Shown here piece by piece: positions 50,401 to 62,363 of a DNA stretch of 64,000 nt (position 1 is its first letter; each line of letters begins with the position of its first letter). The stretch spans positions 21,142,001-21,206,000 of the forward strand of contig CP158635.1 of assembly GCA_050273025.1 (NCBI GenBank), written 5' to 3'. The notes below the pieces were generated by a model, which made no database searches, was not told the DNA's origin, and saw only the letters and a program-made list of their open reading frames with translations. The position numbers were made by a program, and so were the translations under genes. Origin of the DNA: Cenococcum geophilum. Taxonomy: Eukaryota.

Positions 50401-53400
50401 GATATTAATCTAGCATAATTAAAGGGTATCCTATATATTCCTAGCTAATATATCCTTTAAGAATCGTACGGCTTAAAAGGAGGTTAAAAAGTTAATAACT
50501 TAGAGTACTAGCTTGCCGCTAAGATATATAACATTAATAATAATACAGAAGTTAAAGTTATAGTTATCTTTAAGGGTAAACTTAAATCGGCTAGGGGACT
50601 TCTGGTTTATTTAGTAGTAATAGCAGTACTTTATAAGATGCTTAATTGCCTTAACTTTAACTTTATAGCCTACCCGCTAAAGAACCCTAAGTAATTAGTA
50701 AACGAATAGGTAGCTAAAACAATGGTGTAGTTAACGTAACTCTAACTTAGTTAAATAGCTTTAAGCAACACTTTTTTCTAGTTATTAAAGGAGCAGCTAA
50801 GGGTAACCCTATTTGCGTATAATAGGTACCTAATTATCTCCTTATATAAGTATATTTTTAAGGTTATTAAGCTTAACGCTTAATTTATTTATATCCCTAA
50901 TATAGAATAGAAATGGAGTGTTTACGGGAATAACGTAGAAAGTGATATATTCTAAGGGGGTTTAGACCCTAATTATGCTAAAAGAGATTGGCCTGCCGTT
51001 AATTAGTTAATCTAGATAAAAGTATTAAGTTATTAAAGAGCTTAAACTTAAGGTTCTCCTACTATAAATACTCCTACGGCTCTTATATCTAGCATAATAC
51101 TATAAAAGACGTTTGCCGAGTATTTATTGTTAAAGGAGAACGTAAAACTCTCCTTTGGCTTATTAAAGATATTTGACTTTATAGTAAAATAGAGCGTAGA
51201 TTGGTTATTAAGAATAGTAACGATTTATATGCCATCTACCTTACTATACTTAGTAAAGTATTAGTTAGGTAAGTAGTTCTTAATTTCTATATCTATAAGA
51301 AGCTATTCAGCCTTATTAACCTTACCCTTAAGATCTTTTACGCCTTTATATTAAACTAGGAAGCTTTAAAAGTAGGCCATAGTAACCTTATAATTTCCGA
51401 CGTTTCTTATACTTTAGCGAAACTTATTATATACCTCCTTTCGCTTATTAAGAGAATGCCTAGTTAACTAGTAATTCGGTTTCTTACAAACATAGCACTT
51501 CTTTTAGCAATTACTTTAAAATAAACCTCCATAAGGGCCTCCACCTTTACCTTATAGTTATTAATTATACCCTCTACCGTATTATCTACCGCTACTATAT
51601 ATTTAATTAGTCTAGTTATAATTGTATTGGTTAGGCGGGTTAATTAAAGTAGGTTAAAGTTAGGCGTTAAATTGCTGTACTTTTTAAGAGCGTAGAGCGG
51701 TGCTAATAGAAGATCTTAATTAAGTATACACTTCTTTATAAGTATTTACAGGATTAAAGAGAGTAAGGTTATATTCTTTAATACCTTAGTATACGCTAAT
51801 AACTTAATTATATAAGCTGAAGTCCTTTTAATATAATTTGGATAAACCACGCTAAATTATCTAAAGTTAATTAAAGAGCTTTTAAAGATAATTAAGCCGA
51901 GGGACACCTAGGTTTATAGTAATAATCCTTAAAAAGGTAGTCTCTCTCTATTCTAATATATACTACTACTTATTCTCTTCTGTTTTAAAGTGGTATCTTA
52001 ACTTATATATTATGCGGTTAAAATTATATCCTTTTCCTACCAAATAATTATAATAAAAGGTACTAGCTTGGCCCTTAAGCATAACAGAATAGGCGTTATA
52101 GTATTAATTAGACTCTATTCCTACCTTCTAGTAATAATTATAGAAGATACGTAGGTTTAAATTAAGAATATTGTATAATTCCCTACTAAACTTCTTCTCT
52201 TAATCTAAATAGAGCTTTGTAAGCTCTATAAGCAATTTTAAACTGCCTCCAATTTAAGATTAAGATAGAGGAGGTAGGAGTTGCATTGCAGGCTATAGTG
52301 GGGACGTAGGTCTAGTTGGTGGAGTCTAAAGGTTATTAAATCGCGAAGCAATGGGATCCTGTGCCTACTCTTATTAGGGTATAGTATCTAACATTAAGGC
52401 TATGGGTTAAATTAGATACGGAGGAGTTAAAGGCAGAGGTAGGTTCATCTCTAGAGGTATATTATCTAGATTCTATCGTGAATTAAGCTTCCTTATAGTG
52501 CGTAGTTAGTGCTTAATCTCTTATAGAGTTTATTCGTGTTCTTCTTTTACGTTAATAACCTACTCCTAAATGTTATCTTTAATAGTACCCCCGTTTATAG
52601 GTATAAACACTCTATACTCTCGCAAGAAGTTATAGAAGTCTTATATAATATCCTTCTTTATAGAAGTCTATGTTTCCTTTATCTATCTAATAAAGTCCTC
52701 CTTTATATAATACCATAGTATAGTATTATTATATTTACTATCTTTGTAGTGTGCTATACGGTATAATAGGAATCCGTTTAGGTCCTATTGCTTAGCAGTT
52801 ATAGGGCTAATATCTCTGTTCTATATCTCTAGGTTAATATCGTTCTCATACTTCTTTAAGTAGGTTAACGCCATAGTAGGTATAAAATTGACAGGGTGTC
52901 GTACGTTAAAGGTAGGTAGGATTTTCGGTTTTGTAGGATCTCGTAGGTTTGCTGTTAAGAGGTAGGCAATTTAAGATGTTATTTAACGCGTTTTGGACGT
53001 CGTTTAATGCGTTTTAGACGTTAACTTAGGACCCTAGGTTTAGTAATACTTCTAACCTAAAATATAACTAAATCTTTGTAAACGCGATTGTTCTGCGTAA
53101 TAAACGCAACTTAGTATCTCCTAGTACTTAGTAACACTTCTATTACTAGTTTTCCGTAAGTTTAAGGTAGTATAGTATCGCCGGGATCTATTCTATATAA
53201 GCGTATATAGCACCCCTATATAAGACTATCTTTTCTATTTAAAAACCTAGCTGCTCTATAGTTAACTATATATTTAACCACTAATTAGTATTAGTTATAC
53301 AGGGTGACTTACCAATAATAACTACTTAAGTAGGTTATAGTAATGTTAGTTAATAAAGCTTGTTTATTAGAATAAGGGAGGGCGAGAAACTTAAGGCTCC

Positions 53401-53475
53401 TCACTACGCTAGTGCCGCGGCGACACGTAATAGCAACTTGCCATCACGTGACGGCAGTTTGCCTCATTCTCGACA
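47453..53475 (-). mobile_element. Ty1/Copia LTR retrotransposon (second family), full length, RIP-degenerate
   Basis: LTRs 47453-47659 and 53289-53475; TSD AAAGT; KKCYVCKK (~51495), L-Y-HCF(G)Y (~50720), KPLY(G)IA--GSY (~49050), LGTIKEKRL (~48150). Confidence 0.95.
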
Positions 53476-54639
53476 AAAGTAAAAATAATAATAGAAATAA
53501 TAATAGTAAAAGTAAAATATAAATAGTAGTATAATTTATAGTATAAGTAGTAAAAATAATAATAATTAACTAATAAGAAAAGCTATAATAAAAGAAATAA
53601 TAAAATAATAAAAGAAGTTAAAATAGTAGCTAAAATAATAGTAAAAATATTATTAGAAGTAGAAAAAATAAAAAACTATAAATAGAGTAGTAGTTAAATA
53701 TAAAGTAACTTTTTATATATTAAACTATATCTTAATTTAATAGGGTAGGTAAAATAGAATTTATATATAAAATGTAAAAGTTAATTAAGAATATTTAATT
53801 AAACTATATAATTATAAAATTATATAAGGAATATTAATTTATAGCTTTAGATTGTCTATATAAATATTTATAGCGGTCTCTATAGTAGTTTCTATAATAG
53901 GCTTCTTAATAATCTTATAATAATATTTTGTATAGGGTAGTAGTATGGTAGTTAAAGGTCTATTAGAGCTCTAATATATCTATATTAATAGTATTTATAA
54001 TAACCTTTATAAGAATCTTTATACTAGGTTTATTAATAATCCTTATAGTAAGGGTCTTTAGTATATTTATAAGTATTTTAAATAACCCTTTTTATAATAG
54101 TAAAAATAGAAATATATAAAGTAGTAATAAAAGTAATAATAAAAATAGTAAACTAAATATAATTTAAAAATAGTAGTAAAAAATAGAAATAAAAATAGAA
54201 GTAAAAATAGAAGTAGAATTAAAAGCTATAGCTAATGTAGTAAAGGTAGTAAATTAAGAAATTATTAATATAGTATATAAAAGATAATAAGAATAAAAAT
54301 AGAAATATAATAGTAAAGATAAAGATAAAAATAAAAGTAATAAAAGTAATAATAATAAAAATAGTAATAAAATAGTAATAAATATAGGATTAAAATTAAT
54401 AAACTAAAGTAATAATTAATATAAATAATATAAAAAAAAGTTAATAAGAATAAATAAGTAACTAAAATAGTAGCAGTAAATAGTAGATAAAGTTATAATA
54501 GAAGTTATAATAAAAATAGTAAATATAAAAAAAGTTAAAATAGTAGTTAGAAAAGAAGTAGTAAAAGTAGTAAAGATAGTAGTAAAAATAATAAAGTAGT
54601 ATTAGGTTGTTAATAAGGCAGTAGTATACTAGCACTTGG

Positions 54640-54835
54640 TTTAAAAGGATAAAAGCCCGCCGTAGGCGCGAGAAATAGACTAAATTTCTCCAAGGACCCG
54701 AATTGCCGGCTATAAGTCGGTAAGGAGGAAATTTTCCTTAGAAAATTTGGCCTATTTCTTGTCTAATATATGCTAAATTTAGGTTAAACCTAAGAGTTAT
54801 ATTGGTTAAAAATTAGTCCGGATCACCTAATAAGG
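54640..54835 (+). repeat. Helitron junction hairpin module, copy 3 (stem 54669-54761)
   Basis: CGAGAAATAGACTAAATT / AATTTGGCCTATTTCTTG followed by TCTAAT. Confidence 0.85.
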
Positions 54836-57800
54836 GATATACTCCCTTACGTGCTACTCTATTAAATTTACCTTTTTTCTACCCCCTATTGCTCTCTATC
54901 TTCCCCTCTATTTATTATACTTTACCTACCTACTACCTAAATACCTTTTAATTATATACTTTACTCTACCTATAAGTACTATTACTCTTCTACTAAGTTT
55001 ATAATAAACTGTCTTAAAGCTTTATATAAGACCTATAACCCTTATAAGGTTAATACTCTTTTTTTACTCTTTTTCCTATTACTACCTTTCTAACTCTATA
55101 TATAGGAGAAAAGAAGGGGATAAGTATGGTTTTAATAACCTTTAGTAGACCTTCTATAGCCTATAAACCAAACTATAGCCACTACTACTTCCACCACCAG
55201 TACTACTCCCCTTATACCGCCCGTATTAATTTAGCCACAACTTATTATAGTCCGTGCTATTACGGGCTAGTTAAATATTAGGCCTATTACTATAATCCGC
55301 CCTATTATAGGGTAGCTAGATTATAGGCCTATTACTATAATCCGCCCTATTATAGGGTAGCTAGATTATAGTCCTATTACTACGGTCCACTATATTATAG
55401 AGCAGCTAGATATTAGTCCTATAATTATTACCTATAACTTTTACGCCGCCCTATATTAGATTAATAAACGTATTAGTATATTACCGCCTAGTAATCCTTA
55501 ATTTAAAGCCTACTATAAGTATAGTAATATAAACCTCCCTCTATTTTAGCCTCTACTAGAATATCTACGCGATTTTTTTAGAGTCCTATAGTACTTCTAC
55601 TAAGTAGTTTAAAGAGCGGCTCCGCGTATATAATGTAGCATTAGCTTTACGTCCGTAAACTATACTATTACTAACTATAGTATAGCCCATAGCGGCCCAA
55701 ATTGCTTTTAGATATATAGTAAGCTTCACTATCTATAGGGCCCGCTAGAGCCTCCTACTAATACTGCTCTATAGTATACCTAGCTATACTTTTACAACCC
55801 TAGTTATACTATAAATATTTAGCTATAGGCCTATTTTAATACCTAGCTAGATATAACTATTCTACCGTACCTTACTGCTATATTATTTAAGGAATAAAAC
55901 CTTTTTATTACCCTTTATTAAACTATAAGGGAACGGCTTTAGGCTTAGCCCGTAACAGCCCTATTACAGATTATCTTAAACCTATAAATTCGGCTTATCT
56001 TAGAGGCTAGTACTAATTAGCACTATAAGAACCTCCTAATAAGCAATAAGGTGGCCGTTATTATACTAAATAAGTACGGTAATACTAGCTTCCGTAATAT
56101 TGTGCTTATAGAGCGTTATACGCCTAATAAGTAGCCGCGGTACTGCCGTATTAACTTAACGCATACTATATATATGCCGCTCTACTATATACTACTATTC
56201 CCTCGCGGTAATACTAGCTAGCATTAGGGTTTTTAGCTATATAACTCTAATTAAGCTTACTAGTAAGACTGTTTAACCTAATAGGTATACTTTTAGTTCT
56301 ACCTATACATCTATAGCGACTCTAGGTTAATCCCTTTTACCTACTACTAACTATTTTAGTAGTATATCGTTAATATATAGGCGCTATATAATTAGAATAA
56401 GCTTACTTAAATCCGCTTTAACTAAATAACCCTTTATATAAAGCTATATAATAGCGTTATAAATACTTTTACCTGCTATAATCTAGACCCTAAATTATTA
56501 GACTACCGTATAGTCCTTCTATCTAGTTTCCTTAGCGGAAATCGCTTTATTAGCTAGTACTATTAGAATTTAATAGCTATTATCTGTAAATATAGCCGTC
56601 TAAGTATATTTCTTATATTTACTACTAACTTTAAATAGGATAAGATTACCTATAAGCTACTACCTAGCTAAACCGCTATAGATAGGCCCAATCTAGTTAT
56701 ACGCGTCTTCTATATAAAACTTATTTACCTCTTTTACGACCTAAAACGGAAGTAGATCTTTAGCTAGTACCGCGGCTCTATCTAAACCATTAAGTACTAA
56801 AAACGAGGCCTGCCCTATTTATACCTACTACTCTTCTTATATCCGTATAACCGCGATAGGCTATTAAACCTAGCTATTATTAACTATTTTATATCCATTA
56901 AGCTTCTATAACCAGAGGGCAATCCTACCAGTCATTTTACTAAGATTATAAAGTTAATAATAGTTTACGGCCCTTACGGCTCCTAGAATCTATAGGCTCT
57001 CTATATAGTTACGTTAGGGCTAAGCCTTCTACTAACCTACTTAAAGCAGTACCCTAAGCCTTTTAACCCTACTACTATTATATATAAGGACGGCTATCTA
57101 GAATACTGCCGTTGTAATAATTTACGGTTATAATCTGTCCGCTTACTAAGGGGGGCTATATTTAAAATAGATAACTACTAAATTATTCCGTACTGCCTAT
57201 ATCTAACTATAAAGTATTATATATATATAAACGTTAAGGTTTACGCCTCTGTTCCCCCCTATAATTTAGCTTATAGTAAACCTTTTAGGTAAGTAGCCCG
57301 TATACTTTTAGCCGGACTAGTCTATAGTAAAGATCTAGTAGCGCCTTTAGCTCTTTTACTCTACCTTAACAGCCTTCTTTAGGTATAACGCGAAGTATAA
57401 GGATAACCGTAACTAGCTATATTAAGACTTCCTTAAGCGGTATATCTTTTATATAAAGTGCTAGGAGTAGTGTCTTCGCTAGCAAGGCACTATAATAGGC
57501 TGTATATATTACTGCAGCCCTATTATAGGTAAGAGGTTCTACTTATAGCTACTACTAACGTCTATTCCTAGCCCTACCTCCTTTAAAAACCTATATACTA
57601 TTACTAGTATAGCCTATCTAACCTTCTAGGCCGCCTACGTTACCCTAGGGCTATTAAAGAATAATTATAAGTAGATTAATTACTTAACAGAGGCCGCTAT
57701 TTTTGCTATTAGCGCCTAGCTACGCTCCTTATTTATAACCGCTTTAATTTATAGCCCTATTATAGAGCTAGTTGCTTTATAGAACTGCTTTAAATAGTTT

Positions 57801-58415
57801 ATTTATAATAATCTGCCTTGCTTTCTAGCCTGCCAACTTAATACTCCTCCTATAGTTACTGAGGATAATAACACTTACTTTAATTACGGCCTATACCTTA
57901 TTTATTAAATACTTATAGATTACTAGAAGACGTTTATAAACTATAGCCTGCCCCAGTTCTAGCACTAGTAGGGTATTATTACTAAGGGAAGTAACCTGCT
58001 TCTTATAGTAGAGCTATTATAATATAACCCTATAGAGGAAAAATGCTAGTTTATTAACCTATACTAGTAGCTAAATATAGATTAGGCAGCGTAATTTAAT
58101 ACTATTATTACCGCTATAGATGCGGATTTGTAAACTACCTACTTCTTTCTCTAGGGCCTTACAGGCACTAGTAAAACGTTTCTCTATTACTACCTCTACT
58201 ACTACTACTACTACTCGCGTAGTAAGATTATTCTTTATGTAGCTTCTTCTAGTATTACAGCCCTTCTACTACTCCTATTTTTAGATACCTATTAATCTAT
58301 ATAAAGAGTCTACTTATAATATCTCTAAAAGCTTAAATCTAGCTAAGCTTCTACGCCGTACCTCTCTACTTATTTAGGATAAGGTGCTAATATAGTACTA
58401 CTACTACTTTAAAGC
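54767..58415 (+). mobile_element. Helitron copy with Rep/helicase relic (~55125-58415), cut by a Gypsy LTR
   Basis: Colinear with 5574-7208 + 34675-36820; EYQKRGLPH-like motif ~56790; Walker A ~58155. Confidence 0.9.
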
Positions 58416-61400
58416 TGTTACGGAGTAAGTATAAGTAGCGATAATATATAGCAAGGTAGATATTATTAAGCTATATATATAAACTGTGTAAGGAGGTTAA
58501 GACGTTGTATAAGGAAAGAAGGTAGGAAAATGGGAAGAAAGGGTATATATTGTGGACTTAGTTACTTAGTTAATACATACACAGAGCAAAATAGGATTTA
58601 GGTAGTGGTCCTAGCAGAACTTAGTAGGATTTAGTAAAACTTAGTAGAACTTAGTAGAACTTAGTAGAATATAGCAGAATGCGGTAGGTTGCCGTCAGAT
58701 TGCTATAGATTGCTATTAGATTGCTGTCTTATGGTTAGTCTCTAGTTGCTAAGTTGGTAGAAATAGATAGATATGTATAAGGTGTTACGGGGGTGTCCTA
58801 TAACAGTACCCCCCCTTTAAACTCGAGCTTCTATAAGATAGGGCTGTAGTAGTTCTGGGTGGAGTTTATAAAAGTCTTCTGTAGCTTATATAAGTCCTAT
58901 AGAGTTAAAAGGTTCCTATAAGGGCTTAGTAAAGCCTCTCCATTTCGTAAGATATATATATTAGCGTTTCCGTTTATTATACTTAATATTATTAATTCTT
59001 TTAATAAAGTACTCGTTTTTACTATCTACTTTAACTAATAGGGGAGGGTTTTATATCTGTCTAGGTAGGGCGTCTAATACGGGAGTAGTAGGGCGGAGGA
59101 CTAACGTGTAGAATACGGGGTGGATTTTAACCGTATTAGGGAGCTTTACTTAGTAGGTATAGGATAAAATAACCTTCTTAACCTTATAAGGGCCAGCGTT
59201 CTTCTAATTAAGCTTCTTAATAGGTTGTTTTATGTTTAGATTTCTTATATTTAGCCAGACGAAGTTATTAATTTAGTAGGCCGGTGCTAGGGTTCGTTTC
59301 TTATTCGCTGCGGCCTTATAGACAGATTAAGCCTATATTATTTTATTAGTAAGGAACTATTATAGTTCCTCTATCTTCTTTATAAATTTATTTACTTCTA
59401 TAATTTATAAGGCGTAATAAGTAGGGCGAGGAATATTACTAAAGGGTTTAAAACCTATTTATAGATACTAGCTGTAGTTGGCTAGGAATGGAGAGACCTT
59501 TATAGTTTCTAAGACGGAATTATTTATAATAAACTTAGTAAATGCAAGCTAGTTAATCTAGTTATTTTATAAGTATGACGTGTATATCCAAATATACTAT
59601 TCTATTATAGTATTTATATATTCTATTTAGCCATCTATTTCTAGGTAATATATTATAGACAATAGTACTTTAATACGGAGTTAGGTAGTTAGTTCTTTTT
59701 AAAATTTAGAGATAAACTAGCTACCTCTATTAGAGATAATCGTTTTAGGGAGTTTATAGAGTTTCTATACGTAATCTAAGAACAGCTAGACAATGGTAGG
59801 TGTTAATATATTAGGGCAGGCGATTAAGTATCTTATCTTAGATAGTTAGTCTATAACTACTATAATATTCGTGCAGCTCTTACTTACGGAGAGGTCAATA
59901 ATAAAGTTAATTAAGATGTCCTTTTATCTTCGGTTCGGAATAGGCAGTGGCTTTAAAAGGCCGTTGTATATCTTATGCAAAGCTTTAGCTTATTGGCAGA
60001 TATAGTAGCTAGAGATGTACCTTTATGTTATATTATATATATTCGGCTAATAGTATTCTTATTAAAGCAGTTCTAGGGTTTTTCCTTAGCCTAGGTGGCC
60101 GGCTACTAGTAAATTTGTAACCGACTACCGGACCTTATATATTACCCTGTTTTACCTACGTTAGCACTACCCTCATATGTTTCGGATACGTTTAATATAA
60201 GTTATAGGCTCCGGAGTTAGGGGTCTACTTTTATGTATTTATACCACTTGATTTCCATAAATTTACAATTAAGTTGCTTATTTAATTCCCACACACTGCA
60301 AAGCTTACAGTTATGAGCCCGGCCTGCCTACTGTACTACATCTAATCTGTACATTTAGCGCTTACTAAGCAATTAATCTACTACCTCGTTTAAGAAGTCA
60401 CTACTTCTTCTACCTTTATAAGTGTTTTAAGCTTCTTTCGGGTACCTCTCTTATACTTATAATTACCTTTATTTACTAAACGGACGGACGATCGAATATT
60501 GATCGTATTAAACATTGATTGAACCGAACTGAACCTGACCGTATAAACCCGACCGTATAAACCCAACCTCCTTTAACCCAGATACACAACCATTTAATAG
60601 AGTCGACCTATTTACTATAGCGTAACGACCTTATATGGCGTCTAAGTAAGAGCCTAGCTAGCGCAATAGCCCGAGTACAGAGCTAGAGCGAGATGCTAGA
60701 GCACAGAGCTAGAGCGAGATGCCAGAGCACAGAGCTAGAGCGAGATGCCAGAGCACGGAGCTAGAGCAGAAGCTAGCTTAGATATACTAATAGTGAGAGA
60801 CAAGGATATTAGGTAGACATAAGGAAGGTATTAAACCGACAGCAGCCAGTAGTGAACTATCGCCAAAACTAGACAACTATTTAAACGACCAGCTAGCGAA
60901 TATTAGATTAAACCAAACTAGAGCCTTAATATAGGCCTGTCGCCAAATCAAATCAAGGCCTCCTGGGGAGGCACCAACGCTACAATTAGTCGCAGCTATT
61001 ACGCTATAGACGCCTTCCGCTACAACTAGTCGCAGCCGTCACGCTGTAGACGCCCTACCAAAAACCAGTCTACCACAGACAACCAGTCGCAGCCATCACG
61101 CTGTAGACGCCCTTCCGAAACGCCAGCCTACATTGGCACCAGCCTTATTGGCACCAGTTGCGACGACCGCAACGTCACCAAATACGACGTCTTAACGTCA
61201 CTAGAGTCACCAAGTGACTACTTCCAGATCTACCTCGATTACAGCTTATATGGCTACAGCTTAAATAACTACCTTAAACACAGATCTAAATATCTACCTC
61301 GACTATGGATTAAAAGGATCTACCGCGAGCACGGATTAATTAATTGCCTTAAATGCAGATTAAAATACCACACCTAGATCAAATGATTTAGTAGAGCCTC

Positions 61401-62363
61401 CTATAAAGGATGCTAAACATCTACCTTAACTATAGATTAAAAAGATCTACCGCGAGCATAGATTAATTGGCTGCCTCGAATGCAGATTAAATTACTATAC
61501 CTCTTTAAATACAGTCTCCTAAGAGGCTAGGGAGGACACCTTTTTAAATATAGTCTCCTAAGAGGCTATAGAGGACATCTCTTTAAATACAGCTCTATGT
61601 CCAGAGATATAAAGCTGGGGAGTATAGTTTCTGCCTTTATTTTTCTTTCTATAGCTTTAACTACACCGTCAAATCTGGGGGGGTATATAACTGACTACTA
61701 GACCTTGTATATTACCCTGTTTTACCTACATTAGCACTACCCTTATATGTCTCGGATACGTTTAATATAAGTCATTAGCTCCGGAGTTAGGGGTCTACTT
61801 TTATGTATTTATACTACTTGATTTCTATAGATTTACAATTAAGTTACTTGTTTAATTTATATACATTGCAAAGCTTACAAAATTATATATATGTTTAAGG
61901 AGCTTAAGCTTAAGTTTATTATAGTTAGGTATAACTAGGCGGTTCTAGTAATATAAGCGGTTTCTATAGGCTTTATATTTACTTAAAGAAATCTTTTTAG
62001 AGTATTTGGTACTATCTTATATTAGCTTAAGCGTCTCTTAAATAAACTTGTTATTTAGGTATTTATTAACTATAATCTGTTTAATTAATTAATTAGGTAT
62101 TTTAAGGACGTATACTATAAGGTCTTTAGTAAGAGGGTTAAATAGTTTAAAATAAAGTAGGGTCTAGTTTTAGTAAGAGCGCACTTCTTCTAGTGCTAGC
62201 GCGTCTTGCAAATATTAGGTTAGAGTATTAGGCTTCTAACCTTAAACGCCTAGGCGGTATATAATTAAGAATTAAAAATAGGATAGATATTCTAACCAGC
62301 GGGCCTAATAATGTCTTAGCTATTTTATAGTTGTAAAGTACTATAGATTTTTATAGTTGCTAA
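58416..62363 (-). mobile_element. Gypsy/chromovirus relic (second family): 3' LTR 58416-58805, chromodomain and integrase
   Basis: TGTTACGG...TATAACA LTR; C-tract (PPT on minus strand) at ~58808; chromodomain W-GF-KP, IHPVF, SIISNR(G)SQF, GH(P)G motifs; interrupted at 60116 and 62364. Confidence 0.9.
60116..61879 (+). mobile_element. Non-autonomous LTR element (TRIM/LARD-like) with Copia-type PBS
   Basis: 194-bp LTRs 60116-60309 and 61686-61879; TSD AAATT; GTTATGAGCCC right after the 5' LTR; G-tract before the 3' LTR; non-coding, repeat-rich interior. Confidence 0.9.

Larger units (their letters stand above)
42568..54766 (+). mobile_element. Putative non-autonomous Helitron between two junction modules
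   Basis: Shares the post-hairpin leader and the AT-rich/GCAGTAGTAGG 3' region (44640-44930, 47290-47450, 53480-54630) with 39190-40050; no Rep/helicase; degenerate 12-mer arrays at 42860-43840. Confidence 0.5.

Noticed and set aside
53480..54630. Possible organellar insertion or gene in extremely AT-rich tracts (also 39330-40020)
   Set aside because: Low-complexity, RIP-saturated sequence shared between Helitron 3' regions; no recognisable genes
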